Both the position numbers and the translations under genes were made by a program. The notes under the pieces are model-generated. The model did not search any database. It was not told the DNA's origin and saw nothing but the letters and a program-made list of their open reading frames with translations. From assembly GCA_958296045.1 (NCBI GenBank), contig CATQHT010000001.1:885102-949101 (forward strand): a DNA stretch of 64,000 bases, given 5' to 3'. The DNA is from Rhodothermales bacterium (GTDB taxonomy: Bacteria; Bacteroidota; Rhodothermia; Rhodothermales; Bin80). This document shows, one piece after another, positions 38,973-48,088 of this stretch (the stretch's first letter is position 1; each line of letters starts with the position of its first letter).

Positions 38973-39577
38973 CAGGCGGTCACCGGCGTATCCACCGGCA
39001 CTTGGTGTGCGCTATTCATCATCTTGCGCAAGTTGATGAGCCCGTAGCGCATGCGTCCGAGCGCCGTGTTGATGGACACCCCGGTAAGCTGGGCGATCTC
39101 TCTGAAGGTCAGCCCTTCCTGTCGCATGAGCACGACCTCCCGCTGGGCACTGGGCAGCCGCCCAATGCTCTCTTCCAGCAACTGCAGGTCTTCACTTATG
39201 GTAAGCACGGCATCTGGCAAAGGATTCCGATCTGGCAAACGATCCCAGTACGTCTCGTCGGCACCATTGTCTGTCCATCGGCTGCGCCGCCGAAAATGGT
39301 CCAGCGCCGCGTTGCGGGCGATACGGATCACCCAGTTGATGAAGCGACCCGTGTGCTCATAGGAGCCGCGCTTCTTGCGAAGAGCACTGATGACACTGAG
39401 CCAGGTATCCTGAAAAAGGTCGTTGGCCAAATTTCTATCCTGCACCATGCCCAACAGGAATCCGAAGACGCGCTCTTTGTGCAGCCTCACCAGAACTTCG
39501 AAAGCCTCCTGGTCGCCCTCCAGGTAGCGTCCAATAAGCTCTCCCTCAGGCAGGTCTTTGTACGCGCTGGCTTTCAT
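38972..39577 (-). CDS. ECF-type RNA polymerase sigma-70 factor
   Basis: Region 2 (..FEVLVRLHKERVFGFLLGMVQDRNLANDLFQDTWLSV) and region 4 HTH (..REVVLMRQEGLTFREIAQLTGVSINTALGRMRYGL). Confidence 0.85.
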   Translation of the reverse strand: MKASAYKDLPEGELIGRYLEGDQEAFEVLVRLHKERVFGFLLGMVQDRNLANDLFQDTWLSVISALRKKRGSYEHTGRFINWVIRIARNAALDHFRRRSRWTDNGADETYWDRLPDRNPLPDAVLTISEDLQLLEESIGRLPSAQREVVLMRQEGLTFREIAQLTGVSINTALGRMRYGLINLRKMMNSAHQVPVDTPVTA

Positions 39578-39643
39578 CAGGCATAGAACGCACAATGGAT
39601 ACGTCTTATTGCGTCCTCGCCCCACGAGTCCAGTCGGATCCCG

Positions 39644-40993
39644 CTACAGAAAAAGGCGCAACACCTCACTCACCGTAGTCACGCCCGTTACCACCATCTC
39701 TGGGGGAATGCGCGCACCCTGCAGGCTAGACTTGGGGACCACCGCGTGCGTAAACCCGAGCTTGGAGGATTCACCCAGGCGCAGGTCGACTTTGCTTACG
39801 CCGCGTACCTCGCCTCCTAGGCCTACCTCGCCCGCCAACATGCCGCAGCCATTGGCTGGCATATCGTAAAGCGACGATGCGACCGCCATCGCGACCCCCA
39901 GATCTGCGGCGGGCTCGTCCAGGCGCACGCCGCCAGCCACGTTGACAAACACGTCGTGGTCCGACAAGCTCATCCCGTGGCGCTTTTCCAGCACCGCCAA
40001 AAGCAGCTGCAGCCGCCGATGGTCAAAGCCATTAGCGGTGCGCTGCGGCGTGCCATACGAGGCGGGTGTAGTCAACGCCTGCACCTCCACTAGGAGTGGG
40101 CGCGTACCCTCGATGCTGCACACTACTGTAGAGCCACTCTGCCCTTCGCGCCGCTCGGCCAGAAATATCCTGCTCGGATTGGTGACCTCACGCAGGCCAT
40201 CGGTATGCATCTCAAAGATGCCGATCTCGTTGGTTGAGCCGAAGCGGTTCTTCACCGCACGCAGCACTCGGTAGCCATGGTGCCGCTCACCCTCGAAATA
40301 GAGCACCGTATCCATCATATGCTCCAGAACGCGAGGGCCCGCCACGATGCCAGCCTTGGTCACATGCCCTACTAGGAAGGTAGAAGCGTTCATGTCCTTG
40401 GTCAGGTGCATCAGCGCCGCTGCGCATTCGCGAATCTGACTGACGCTGCCAGGCGCGCTCTGCACCTCCTCGCTGTAGACAGTCTGGATCGAGTCCACAA
40501 TCAGGATGTCTGCGGCGGTATCGGCGGCCGCTTCGAGGATGATTTCCAGGCTGGTGGCGGCAAGCAGCAGCACGTTATCTGTGGTGGCTCCGAGCCGCTC
40601 GGCGCGGATCTTCACCTGGCGTGCGGACTCTTCCCCGGTTACGTAAAGGATGGTAGAGTCTGGCAGGTGACGCCCAAGCTCGGTCATGAGCGTGCTTTTG
40701 CCAATGCCCGGGTCGCCAGCCACAAGCGTGACTGAGCCGCGCATGATGCCGCCTCCCATGACCCGGTCGAGCTCCTGCACCTGCGTACAGATGCGCGGCT
40801 CTTCGCTTATGGTGACCGCGCTCATGGGACGCGGCCGCACCGCCTTTGGCCTGCCCCGTCCCTGCTTTTTTGAGGCCCCTTCCCGCTCTTCCACAAAGGT
40901 GTCCCAGAACCCGCATGAAGGGCACTTGCCAATCCAGCGGGCGGCACTGTAGCCACACTCCTGGCAGCGGTGACGGATACGGGGTTTGGCCAT
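39644..40993 (-). CDS. radA: DNA repair protein RadA
   Basis: Zinc finger CQECGY..KCPSCGFW, Walker A GDPGIGKST, KNRFG motif, Lon-like C-terminal domain. Confidence 0.95.
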   Translation of the reverse strand: MAKPRIRHRCQECGYSAARWIGKCPSCGFWDTFVEEREGASKKQGRGRPKAVRPRPMSAVTISEEPRICTQVQELDRVMGGGIMRGSVTLVAGDPGIGKSTLMTELGRHLPDSTILYVTGEESARQVKIRAERLGATTDNVLLLAATSLEIILEAAADTAADILIVDSIQTVYSEEVQSAPGSVSQIRECAAALMHLTKDMNASTFLVGHVTKAGIVAGPRVLEHMMDTVLYFEGERHHGYRVLRAVKNRFGSTNEIGIFEMHTDGLREVTNPSRIFLAERREGQSGSTVVCSIEGTRPLLVEVQALTTPASYGTPQRTANGFDHRRLQLLLAVLEKRHGMSLSDHDVFVNVAGGVRLDEPAADLGVAMAVASSLYDMPANGCGMLAGEVGLGGEVRGVSKVDLRLGESSKLGFTHAVVPKSSLQGARIPPEMVVTGVTTVSEVLRLFL

Positions 40994-41090
40994 AGAATGC
41001 TGCTGAGGAAGGCTGCTAATAAGGTGCGAAGGCAAGGTAGAAACAAACGCCTTCACATTTCATTTATGTGCGCTAATATCCTGCCTTGCG

Positions 41091-41852
41091 ATGCCCGTCT
41101 TGCAGCGGCGGCTTATGCAGCCGCTTTTCAGCCTTGGGCGGTACGCGCTGCTGCTGACCAAGGGATTTGTTTGGCTGGGGCAGTTCAGCGCTTACCGGAA
41201 GGACCTTGTCGCCCAGTGCGTACGCATTGGCATTGAATCCATCCCGATCGTTGCTCTGGCCGCAGCCTTCTCTGGTGCGGTCACCACCGTTCAGACAGCC
41301 TATCAGCTCGTTTCGCCATTTATCCCTAGTGCGGTTATTGGCGCTGTGGTGGTTCAGTCTTTGATTCTGGAGCTTGGTGCCGTAGTCACGGGATTCATTC
41401 TGGCGGGACGTGTAGGCGCCCGGATCGCGGCGGAGCTGGGAACGATGCGTGTGACGGATCAGATTGACGCGTTAGAGGCTATGGGGCTCAACTCCGTGGG
41501 CTACCTTATTGTGCCGCGCATCCTGGCCGGGGTCATCATGTTTCCGGTCCTGTACGTGTCGGCGGTGTCGGTCGGGGTTGCAGGTGGCCTGTTGGCAGCA
41601 GCAGCCACGGATGTGGTTACCATGGCCGAGTTCGTTCAGGGGGCCCGCGAGAGTTATCTCCTGTTCGGCCCCACGTTCGGTCTCATCAAGTCCGTGGTGT
41701 TCGGCTTTGTTATCACCTCCATCTCGTGCTATATGGGGTACTTTACCGAGGGCGGTGCCGAGGGCGTCGGACGCAGCACCACCCAGGCGGCTGTCATCAG
41801 TTGCGTGTTTATTTTGATTTCGGACTTCATGCTGGCGGTGCTGTTGCTTTAA
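41091..41852 (+). CDS. mlaE: MlaE-family ABC transporter permease
   Basis: Typical MlaE sequence and length. It is followed by the ATPase and MCE genes. Confidence 0.85.
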   Translation: MPVLQRRLMQPLFSLGRYALLLTKGFVWLGQFSAYRKDLVAQCVRIGIESIPIVALAAAFSGAVTTVQTAYQLVSPFIPSAVIGAVVVQSLILELGAVVTGFILAGRVGARIAAELGTMRVTDQIDALEAMGLNSVGYLIVPRILAGVIMFPVLYVSAVSVGVAGGLLAAAATDVVTMAEFVQGARESYLLFGPTFGLIKSVVFGFVITSISCYMGYFTEGGAEGVGRSTTQAAVISCVFILISDFMLAVLLL

Positions 41853-41875
41853 GGCCCGAATCCATACGCTGCGCA

Positions 41876-42649
41876 ATGATAAGGATGGAGAACATCTGCA
41901 AGTCTTTTGGCGGGCGCGTCGTGCTTGATGACGTGTCGCTAGACATGCCGGAAGGCGAGACGCTGGCGATTATCGGTCGCAGCGGATCGGGCAAGAGCGT
42001 GCTGATGAAGCATGTCATAGGCCTTCTGCGCCCTAACAGCGGGCGCGTGCTGGTCGATGACACCGATATCGGCCAGGTATCGTACAAGACGTTGCGCGGC
42101 ATACGACGCCAGTTTGGGGTGCTGTTTCAGGGGGGAGCGCTATTTGATTCGATGAACGCGTTTGACAACGTGGCCTTTCCGCTGCGTACTTTTCGAAGCG
42201 ATCCTGAGCACAAGGTCCGCGCCCGCGTGCTGCAGTGTCTGGACCTGGTAAACTTGTCGGGTGTGGAGACTGAGAAGCCGTCGGAGCTTTCTGGTGGCAT
42301 GGCCAAGCGTGTGGCGTTAGCCCGCGCTATTGCACTGGAGCCCCGCTACATCTTGTATGATGAGCCGACGAGTGGGCTGGATCCGCATACGTCCACCCGG
42401 ATCAACAAGCTAATCAACGGTCTGGCCGAAAAGCTTGCCGTGACCAGCATCGTGGTTACGCACGACATGCGCTCGGTGCTCAGCGTTGCGGACCGCGTGG
42501 CGTTTCTACATAAGACGCGTATGCATTGGGTTGGCACGATCGGGGCGCTGCACCGGAGCACGAACAAGATTCTGCGCGACTTTGTCAAGGCAAACGAATA
42601 CTCGATCGGGGTGGATGTACGCGTGTCGAGTGAGACTGTAAGACCGTGA
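41876..42649 (+). CDS. mlaF: MlaF-family ABC transporter ATP-binding protein
   Basis: Walker A GRSGSGKSV, signature LSGGMAKRVALARA, Walker B ILYDEPTSGLD. Confidence 0.9.
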   Translation: MIRMENICKSFGGRVVLDDVSLDMPEGETLAIIGRSGSGKSVLMKHVIGLLRPNSGRVLVDDTDIGQVSYKTLRGIRRQFGVLFQGGALFDSMNAFDNVAFPLRTFRSDPEHKVRARVLQCLDLVNLSGVETEKPSELSGGMAKRVALARAIALEPRYILYDEPTSGLDPHTSTRINKLINGLAEKLAVTSIVVTHDMRSVLSVADRVAFLHKTRMHWVGTIGALHRSTNKILRDFVKANEYSIGVDVRVSSETVRP

Positions 42650-43563
42650 CTATAGGTAAAGAGATACAGGTTGGTGGCGCTCTGTTGCTTGCCGTACTTG
42701 TGTTGTACCTGGGGCAGCGCTTTCTTAGGGACCTCCCGGTCTTTGCCGGTACGCACACATATGTCACGGTCGCGGACAATGCGTCCGGTCTTGTCCCTGG
42801 CAACGCCGTGTGGATCAACGGTGTCCTTGTCGGATCTGTCTCCGACGTGAAGCTTGGGCACAGCAGCGTCGAGGTACAGTTTACCGTCACCGATGAGGTA
42901 GCACTCCCCCACGGCACGATGGCCGCGATGGGCGGGTTCGCGTTTGTGGGCGACATGCGGTTGGACCTTGTATTGGGTTCGCCCGACACCTCCTATCATC
43001 AGCCAGGTGATGTGATTCCTGAACAGAAGGCCGAGGGTGGACTAGGAAGCTTGAGTGCAGCGGTACCAGCGCTAATGGAACAGCTGGATACGATATTCGC
43101 GGGGGCTGGCCAGACCATTTCTGCAGCTCAGGTTCTCTTGGAGCACCCCGGCAGCGGACTCAACTCGTCGCTGAATTCTATAGGCGGCGCAGCGGAGTCT
43201 CTCAATGCACTCCTTGAAGCTGAATCTGGCATATTGAGTGCCACGCTCACGGACATCCGCTTGCTGGCGGTTGCGGTCACTGACCTTGCCGAAGATTCGC
43301 TGGCCACAACGATTGGCAACCTTAACGGCGTTACCACCCGGTTGGAACGTAACCTCCACCTTTTGGAGCAGGCCACGGTTGCGCTGAGCACCTTGCTTGA
43401 GCGGATAAACGCTGGCGAGGGCACCTTGGGAAAGCTGGCCACGGACCCTGAGCTGTACGATGAAACGACGGCCGCGGTGACCGCCTTGCGGCGCATCCTG
43501 GAGGAGCTGGAAGAGAATCCGCGCAAGTACCTGCGTGAGGTCCGACTCGTCGACATCTTCTGA
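42646..43563 (+). CDS. mlaD: MlaD/MCE-family substrate-binding protein
   Basis: N-terminal TM segment, then an MCE domain (..VTVADNASGLVPGNAVWINGVLVGSV..). Its GTG start overlaps the mlaF stop. Confidence 0.8.
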   Translation: MTIGKEIQVGGALLLAVLVLYLGQRFLRDLPVFAGTHTYVTVADNASGLVPGNAVWINGVLVGSVSDVKLGHSSVEVQFTVTDEVALPHGTMAAMGGFAFVGDMRLDLVLGSPDTSYHQPGDVIPEQKAEGGLGSLSAAVPALMEQLDTIFAGAGQTISAAQVLLEHPGSGLNSSLNSIGGAAESLNALLEAESGILSATLTDIRLLAVAVTDLAEDSLATTIGNLNGVTTRLERNLHLLEQATVALSTLLERINAGEGTLGKLATDPELYDETTAAVTALRRILEELEENPRKYLREVRLVDIF

Positions 43564-43649
43564 GCAAATATGCATCCCGACCGGGGTGGTTGATTAGGCA
43601 GTAGCAGGTCACATTTGCGGTTAGATATCTTAGGCTGGTGAAATATTAA

Positions 43650-45830
43650 CTTAGGGATCATCCATAAATAACTTGCCCATCTGGACAGGTTGTCTCAGAT
43701 AAGCGGGATGTGGTCCAGTCCTTCGCTGGCGCATTACAGAGCATTCCGGGTCCTGTTAGCCTAGTGTTATGGAACACTGTTGATCAAGCCAAGACTGACT
43801 GAGTACTTTTTCGGCCCGCTCATCAGCTGTTTTCCGCGCTCAGTGGGTAGCTGGATCCGTTTGCCCTTAATCCTTGTTCATCATGGATGCCCGCTCCACG
43901 AGCCAGATGCAGTTCGCTGCATCCATGAGCTATTGTCTGCATTATGACTATATTACGATATGTCCTAATACGATACATGTCATAAGGAGGCCATGAGACC
44001 CGTTACCTATTCCGCCGACAAGCTGGCGGAGGCCCTGCGACGCATGACCGTTGCTACCTTACCCGAACTGGCTGCTGCGCTCGGCAATTGCTCCGCCATC
44101 ACGGTCCACCGCAAACTTAAGCAGCTCGGCTACCTCTCTAGCTACTCGCACCGTGGCAAGTACTACGCGCTCCAAGCGGGTGCGAACTTTGATGCGCACG
44201 GTTTGTGGTTTCACAACGATATTCGATTCTCCACTTACGGTACGCTTCGCAATACGGCCAAGATGCTGGTTGAGGCATCCCCACTGGGCTACCGTTCTAC
44301 CGAACTGGATGATGTGCTGCAAGTCCGCACCATTGATACGTTAGCGGCCCTGGTCCGTGACGGCGATCTTGCCCGTGTCCGCTTTCAGGAGCGGAGTGTG
44401 TATTGTTCTGCGGATATTACTCGTCAGCGGCGCCAAGTTGCTGCTCGCCGGATTCAAGCAGCCGGAATTGAGGCCATGCCCAATCCCACCCAAGCCAACA
44501 GCACACACTCAGCTGCGATCGCCTTGTTTTACAGTGTGCTGAATGAGAAGCAGCGGCGCCTGTTTGGGGGTCTTACCTCTCTGTTATGCGGCTATGGTGG
44601 GGACCGACGGGCCGCGAGTCTGTTCGGTCTGCACCGAAAGACCGTCCGAAAGGGTCGCCTTGAACTGGCCAGCGGCAAAGTGGAGGCGCATCGCATTCGC
44701 AAACCGGGTGGGGGGCGTACCGCCTTGAAAAAAAAGCCCTTGGATGATCGCGGAGCTGATCCGACTGGTCCAACCGGAGACCGCTGGTGATCCCATGGGT
44801 GGTCTGTTATGGACACGGCGTTCGCTGTCCAAGCTCGCCGCTGCTCTTGCGTGCTCAGGTATCAAGGTCAGCCCGACCACGGTAGGTAAATGGCTCCGAA
44901 TGCTCGGATACTCCATGCGCGTGAATCGCAAGAGTCTCAGTCGTACCGCACCGTCCGGGCGCGACAAGCAATTCAGGCACATCGCTGCTCTGCGTCAGCA
45001 GTGCTATGACGATGGCATTCCCGTTATCAGTGTGGACACCAAAAAGAAAGAGTTGATCGGGCTGTTTGCTAACTCCGGGGCTGTCTGGTGCCGCGCTCCA
45101 CACCAGGTCAATGATCACGACTTCCGGTCTCAGGCCAAGGGCTTGGCGGTACCTTACGGCATCTACGATGTGCAGGCGAATAGCGGTACCGTCTTTGTCG
45201 GTGACTCCCGGGATACTCCGGCCTTCGCCGTGGATTGCATTGCCCACTGGTTCAATACCGTGGGCCGTAGTCGGTATCCCGATGCCGACCGGCTCGTTAT
45301 CTTGGCTGACTGTGGCGGAGCGAACGGCTACCGTTCACACGCTTGGAAGTACTTCCTGCAAACAGGTGTGTGCGATATCCATCAACTGAGAGTTTCGGTT
45401 GCGCATTATCCCAGCGGTGCAAGCAAGTGGAACCCCATCGAGCACCGCCTCTTTAGTGCTATAAGCCGGAACTGGGCGGGCCGACCACTGGATAGCTGGG
45501 AAACACTGCTCAAGTACATCCGCACGACAACTACCAAGTCTGGGTTGCGCGTCAACTCTGTCAGAGTAACGAAGCAATATCAAACCGGCATCAAAATCAG
45601 CAAGCAACAGATGGTAAAGGTGAACATTAACCGTAGCGAGACGCTACCTCAGTGGAACTACGACATCTACCCCAGCGAAACGCTGGCCTCTGCTCGGATG
45701 CCAACAGATGCCTGACTACCCAAACATCATCTGCCAGATCGCGATTTACCTCCCCTAGTCTGCCAAAGTGGACTCCTGGAGAGGTTGACTTCATTCAGGA
45801 TGGGAAAGTTATTTATGGACGAACCCTTAG
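43650..45830 (+). mobile_element. ISAzo13-family insertion sequence
   Basis: Imperfect terminal inverted repeats of about 36 bp. The left one is cttagggatcatccataaataacttgcccatc at 43650. The right one, reverse-complemented, is ctaagggttcgtccataaataactttcccatc and ends at 45830. They enclose the transposase frames. No clear target duplication seen. Confidence 0.7.
43993..45715 (+). pseudogene. ISAzo13-family DDE transposase in two frames, switching at an A8 run
   Basis: ORF 43993..44790 ends ..IRKPGGGRTALKKK. ORF 44744..45715 continues the family sequence ..IAELIRLVQPETAGDPMGGLLWT...ISVDTKKKELIG...ADCGGANG...KWNPIEHRLFS. The switch is at aaaaaaaa 44728-44735. Confidence 0.8.
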
Positions 45831-45897
45831 CCTGACCGGAACCATGGGCTCCGTAACTGTGCAGATGCTATGCACGCCAATAACCGCTCCCGCCTGA

Positions 45898-46089
45898 ATG
45901 TCGGAAATAGTCGTTGTTTACGTTTCACGTAGATCCCTTGACGCTGCTTTCGGTCTGGCCCTGCGCGAAGGGGTGCCGTACACGGACGTCTTGCGCCGAG
46001 CCGTTGTCGATGAGGCCATTACGTACTCGAAGCGGATACGGGCTGCCCAGACGGCATGCCTGAAAGCCGGCCCACGAGAGCGCTTGTAG
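45898..46089 (+). CDS. possible small ribbon-helix-helix-like protein
   Basis: The 63-aa ORF has a beta-strand/two-helix pattern (VVVYVSRRSLDAAFGLALREGVPYTDVLRRAVVDEAI). It overlaps the proposed tnpB exon 1 in another frame. Support is weak. Confidence 0.25.
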   Translation: MSEIVVVYVSRRSLDAAFGLALREGVPYTDVLRRAVVDEAITYSKRIRAAQTACLKAGPRERL

Positions 46090-48088
46090 CCTTGCTCCTG
46101 AGCCAGACATACCGCTGCTATACAAAGAAGGCGGGCTATGCCCGTCTGCGGCGGAAGTTCGTAAACGGTAAGTGGGTGCGCCAGGCTAACTGGTGCCAGT
46201 TCAGGGAGTGAAAGTCTCCCGATGTGAAGGACTAACCATCCACGCATCTCCTCGAGCCGTGCGTTGGTACCCGCGAGGGTGCCAGCCGAGCGTCGGTCGA
46301 GGTGCGGGTAGGCAGGGCTAATGAGCACCGAAAATGTTATCGTCCGGGATGCCGAGGCTTTCTGCTTGGTCGAAGGCAACACCTTCTTTGCCGTTAATGG
46401 TGAGGTGGAGGAGGGTCCCGCGGTGTCCAAGAACCCAGGCACGCACATACGTACTGCATCGGGACCTGGGAGGTCTCTCCATTACCCATCCCTTTGGGGA
46501 GGGTCGCCAAAGCGTAGGCTAAATGCTGATCGGAGGATGTACGGTGGCGTGAAGTCAGATGTGACCATAGTAGCTACGAAGCCAGCGAACAACGCGTGGA
46601 TGACCACGGGGCGGAGCCGGTGGAGCTAAGGGTCGCACCCAAGGGAAAAGCGGAAAGCCGGATTCATGCCGGACTCTGGGCCGGTTTTCGTGAATCTGTC
46701 CAATGGCTGTGGACTCTGAGCCACAGTCGGGGCGCAGGTGTACCGCTTACGGCTGGGGGTGGGTATCCCCACTTCCTAACGTCATGCGCGACAGCGCGAC
46801 CTGCGGGAGGAGCCGTGTGCGTCAACGCGCACGCACGGATGTGTGCGGGGCCCCAGCGGAAACCCTGGGGCTACCGCGATGTCCGCAATTGGGCGGTCGA
46901 ACAATGCCGCAACGCACACAAGGTAGCAGAGAAGCATCCGAGCTTTTTCACGTTGACGAAGCTCTGGACGGCCGCCCGCAACGCCGATGAGCGCAATCTC
47001 GAGTTCGGCGTGACTGAGCAGCGTTCTCTGATCAGGGGCGTGACGGAGGGTTACAAGCGCTTTTTCAATAAGCACAATGCGCGCCCGCCGCGTTTCAGCG
47101 GCGACTTGGTGAAGAGCTTCAGGCTGCTACGAAAGCCCGAACGCGTCAGGCGCCAAGACTATCGCGTTCGCATCAAGGGCGTCGGGTACGTCCGTTTCAC
47201 CGATTGGCGCGGGTTGATCAAGCGCTACGGCTGCAAGTTCGTGCGCATCGTGCGGTCGTCGCTGGGTACCGAATACTCGATACAAGTCGTGTACGAGCGC
47301 CCCGAGGCGCCAGAGAACAGCTGCGCAGACACGCCGATGGCCGTGGACCTTGGCTGCAAGGCCATCGCGACGCTGGCGGATGGGAAGAGCTACGCGCCCA
47401 TCAAAAAGAGTGAGCCCCGCAGGGACGCTGTGCGGCGTCGGGCTGCTAAGACGAAGAAAGGCACGCGTTTGCGCCGCAAGCGGTTCGGTGCTTGGCGCAA
47501 GGAGGCCGAGCGAGTAGTAAGACGCAACCGCGGGTACCGCCACGAGGTGGCGGCCGACGTCGTTAAGCGATCCGCGAATCTGTTTCTGGAAGACCTGAAA
47601 GTAGAACGCATGACACGCGCCGGTGGCAGCCGCAAGACGGGGCTGAACCGATCGATGCGCGCGCAAGGGCTGTACGAATTGGTGCAGCTGTTGAAGTACA
47701 AATCCGCTTTGCTTGGCGGTAAGTGGAGCTGGTTCCGCCGAACGACACAACGCAGAGATGCAGCGCTTGCCCTCACAAGCCAGAGGAAAGGCTACGCCTG
47801 GCTGACAGGAAGCATCGTTGTGCCACGTGCGGAAAGACCCAGTGCCGCGACGTTAACGCGGCGTTGAACGTGTTGTATCGGGGCCTTTGCCCTGATGGAT
47901 GGGCGGCGAGCCTATCGTACGCGCAACACATGTCTGCTCACCCGGACGCTGAGCGGCATCCGCTGTTGGATGCTGTGGCAGGTCTGGGGAGTGTACAGAA
48001 TCGTGCTCGTGAGCTGCATCCGCAGGGGTGTTGCGCACCCACGAGTTCATGCGAAATTGACCACCGACCAACCAGGCAGATATGTTAA
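46056..48088 (+). pseudogene. tnpB: TnpB-like (IS200/IS605 OrfB) RNA-guided nuclease gene, interrupted by a group II intron and carrying a 1-nt frameshift
   Basis: Proposed exon 1 (46056-46175) reads MPESRPTRALVALLLSQTYRCYTKKAGYARLRRKFVNGKW. Exon 2 from 46881 has ..RFFNKHNARPPRF.., RuvC-I VDLGCKAIATLADG and RuvC-II FLEDLKVERM. The frame breaks at about 47720-47728. ORF 47723..48088 continues ELVPPNDTTQRCSACPH..HRCATCG...CRDVNAALNV (zinc finger and RuvC-III). Confidence 0.75.
46176..46880 (+). ncRNA. ORF-less group II intron, copy 2 (705 nt), inside the tnpB-like gene in sense orientation
   Basis: It is colinear with copy 1 over the full length, with scattered substitutions. It starts GTGCGCC at 46176. 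Domain V lies at 46810-46840, the domain VI bulged A at 46873, and it ends ..CTACCGCGAT at 46880. Confidence 0.85.

Noticed and set aside
45918-46448. A 176-aa minus-strand ORF, and its counterpart 8135..8530 on the plus strand
   Set aside because: Both are antisense to the intron copies, have Pro/Ser/Arg/Ala-rich composition and recur only because the intron recurs.
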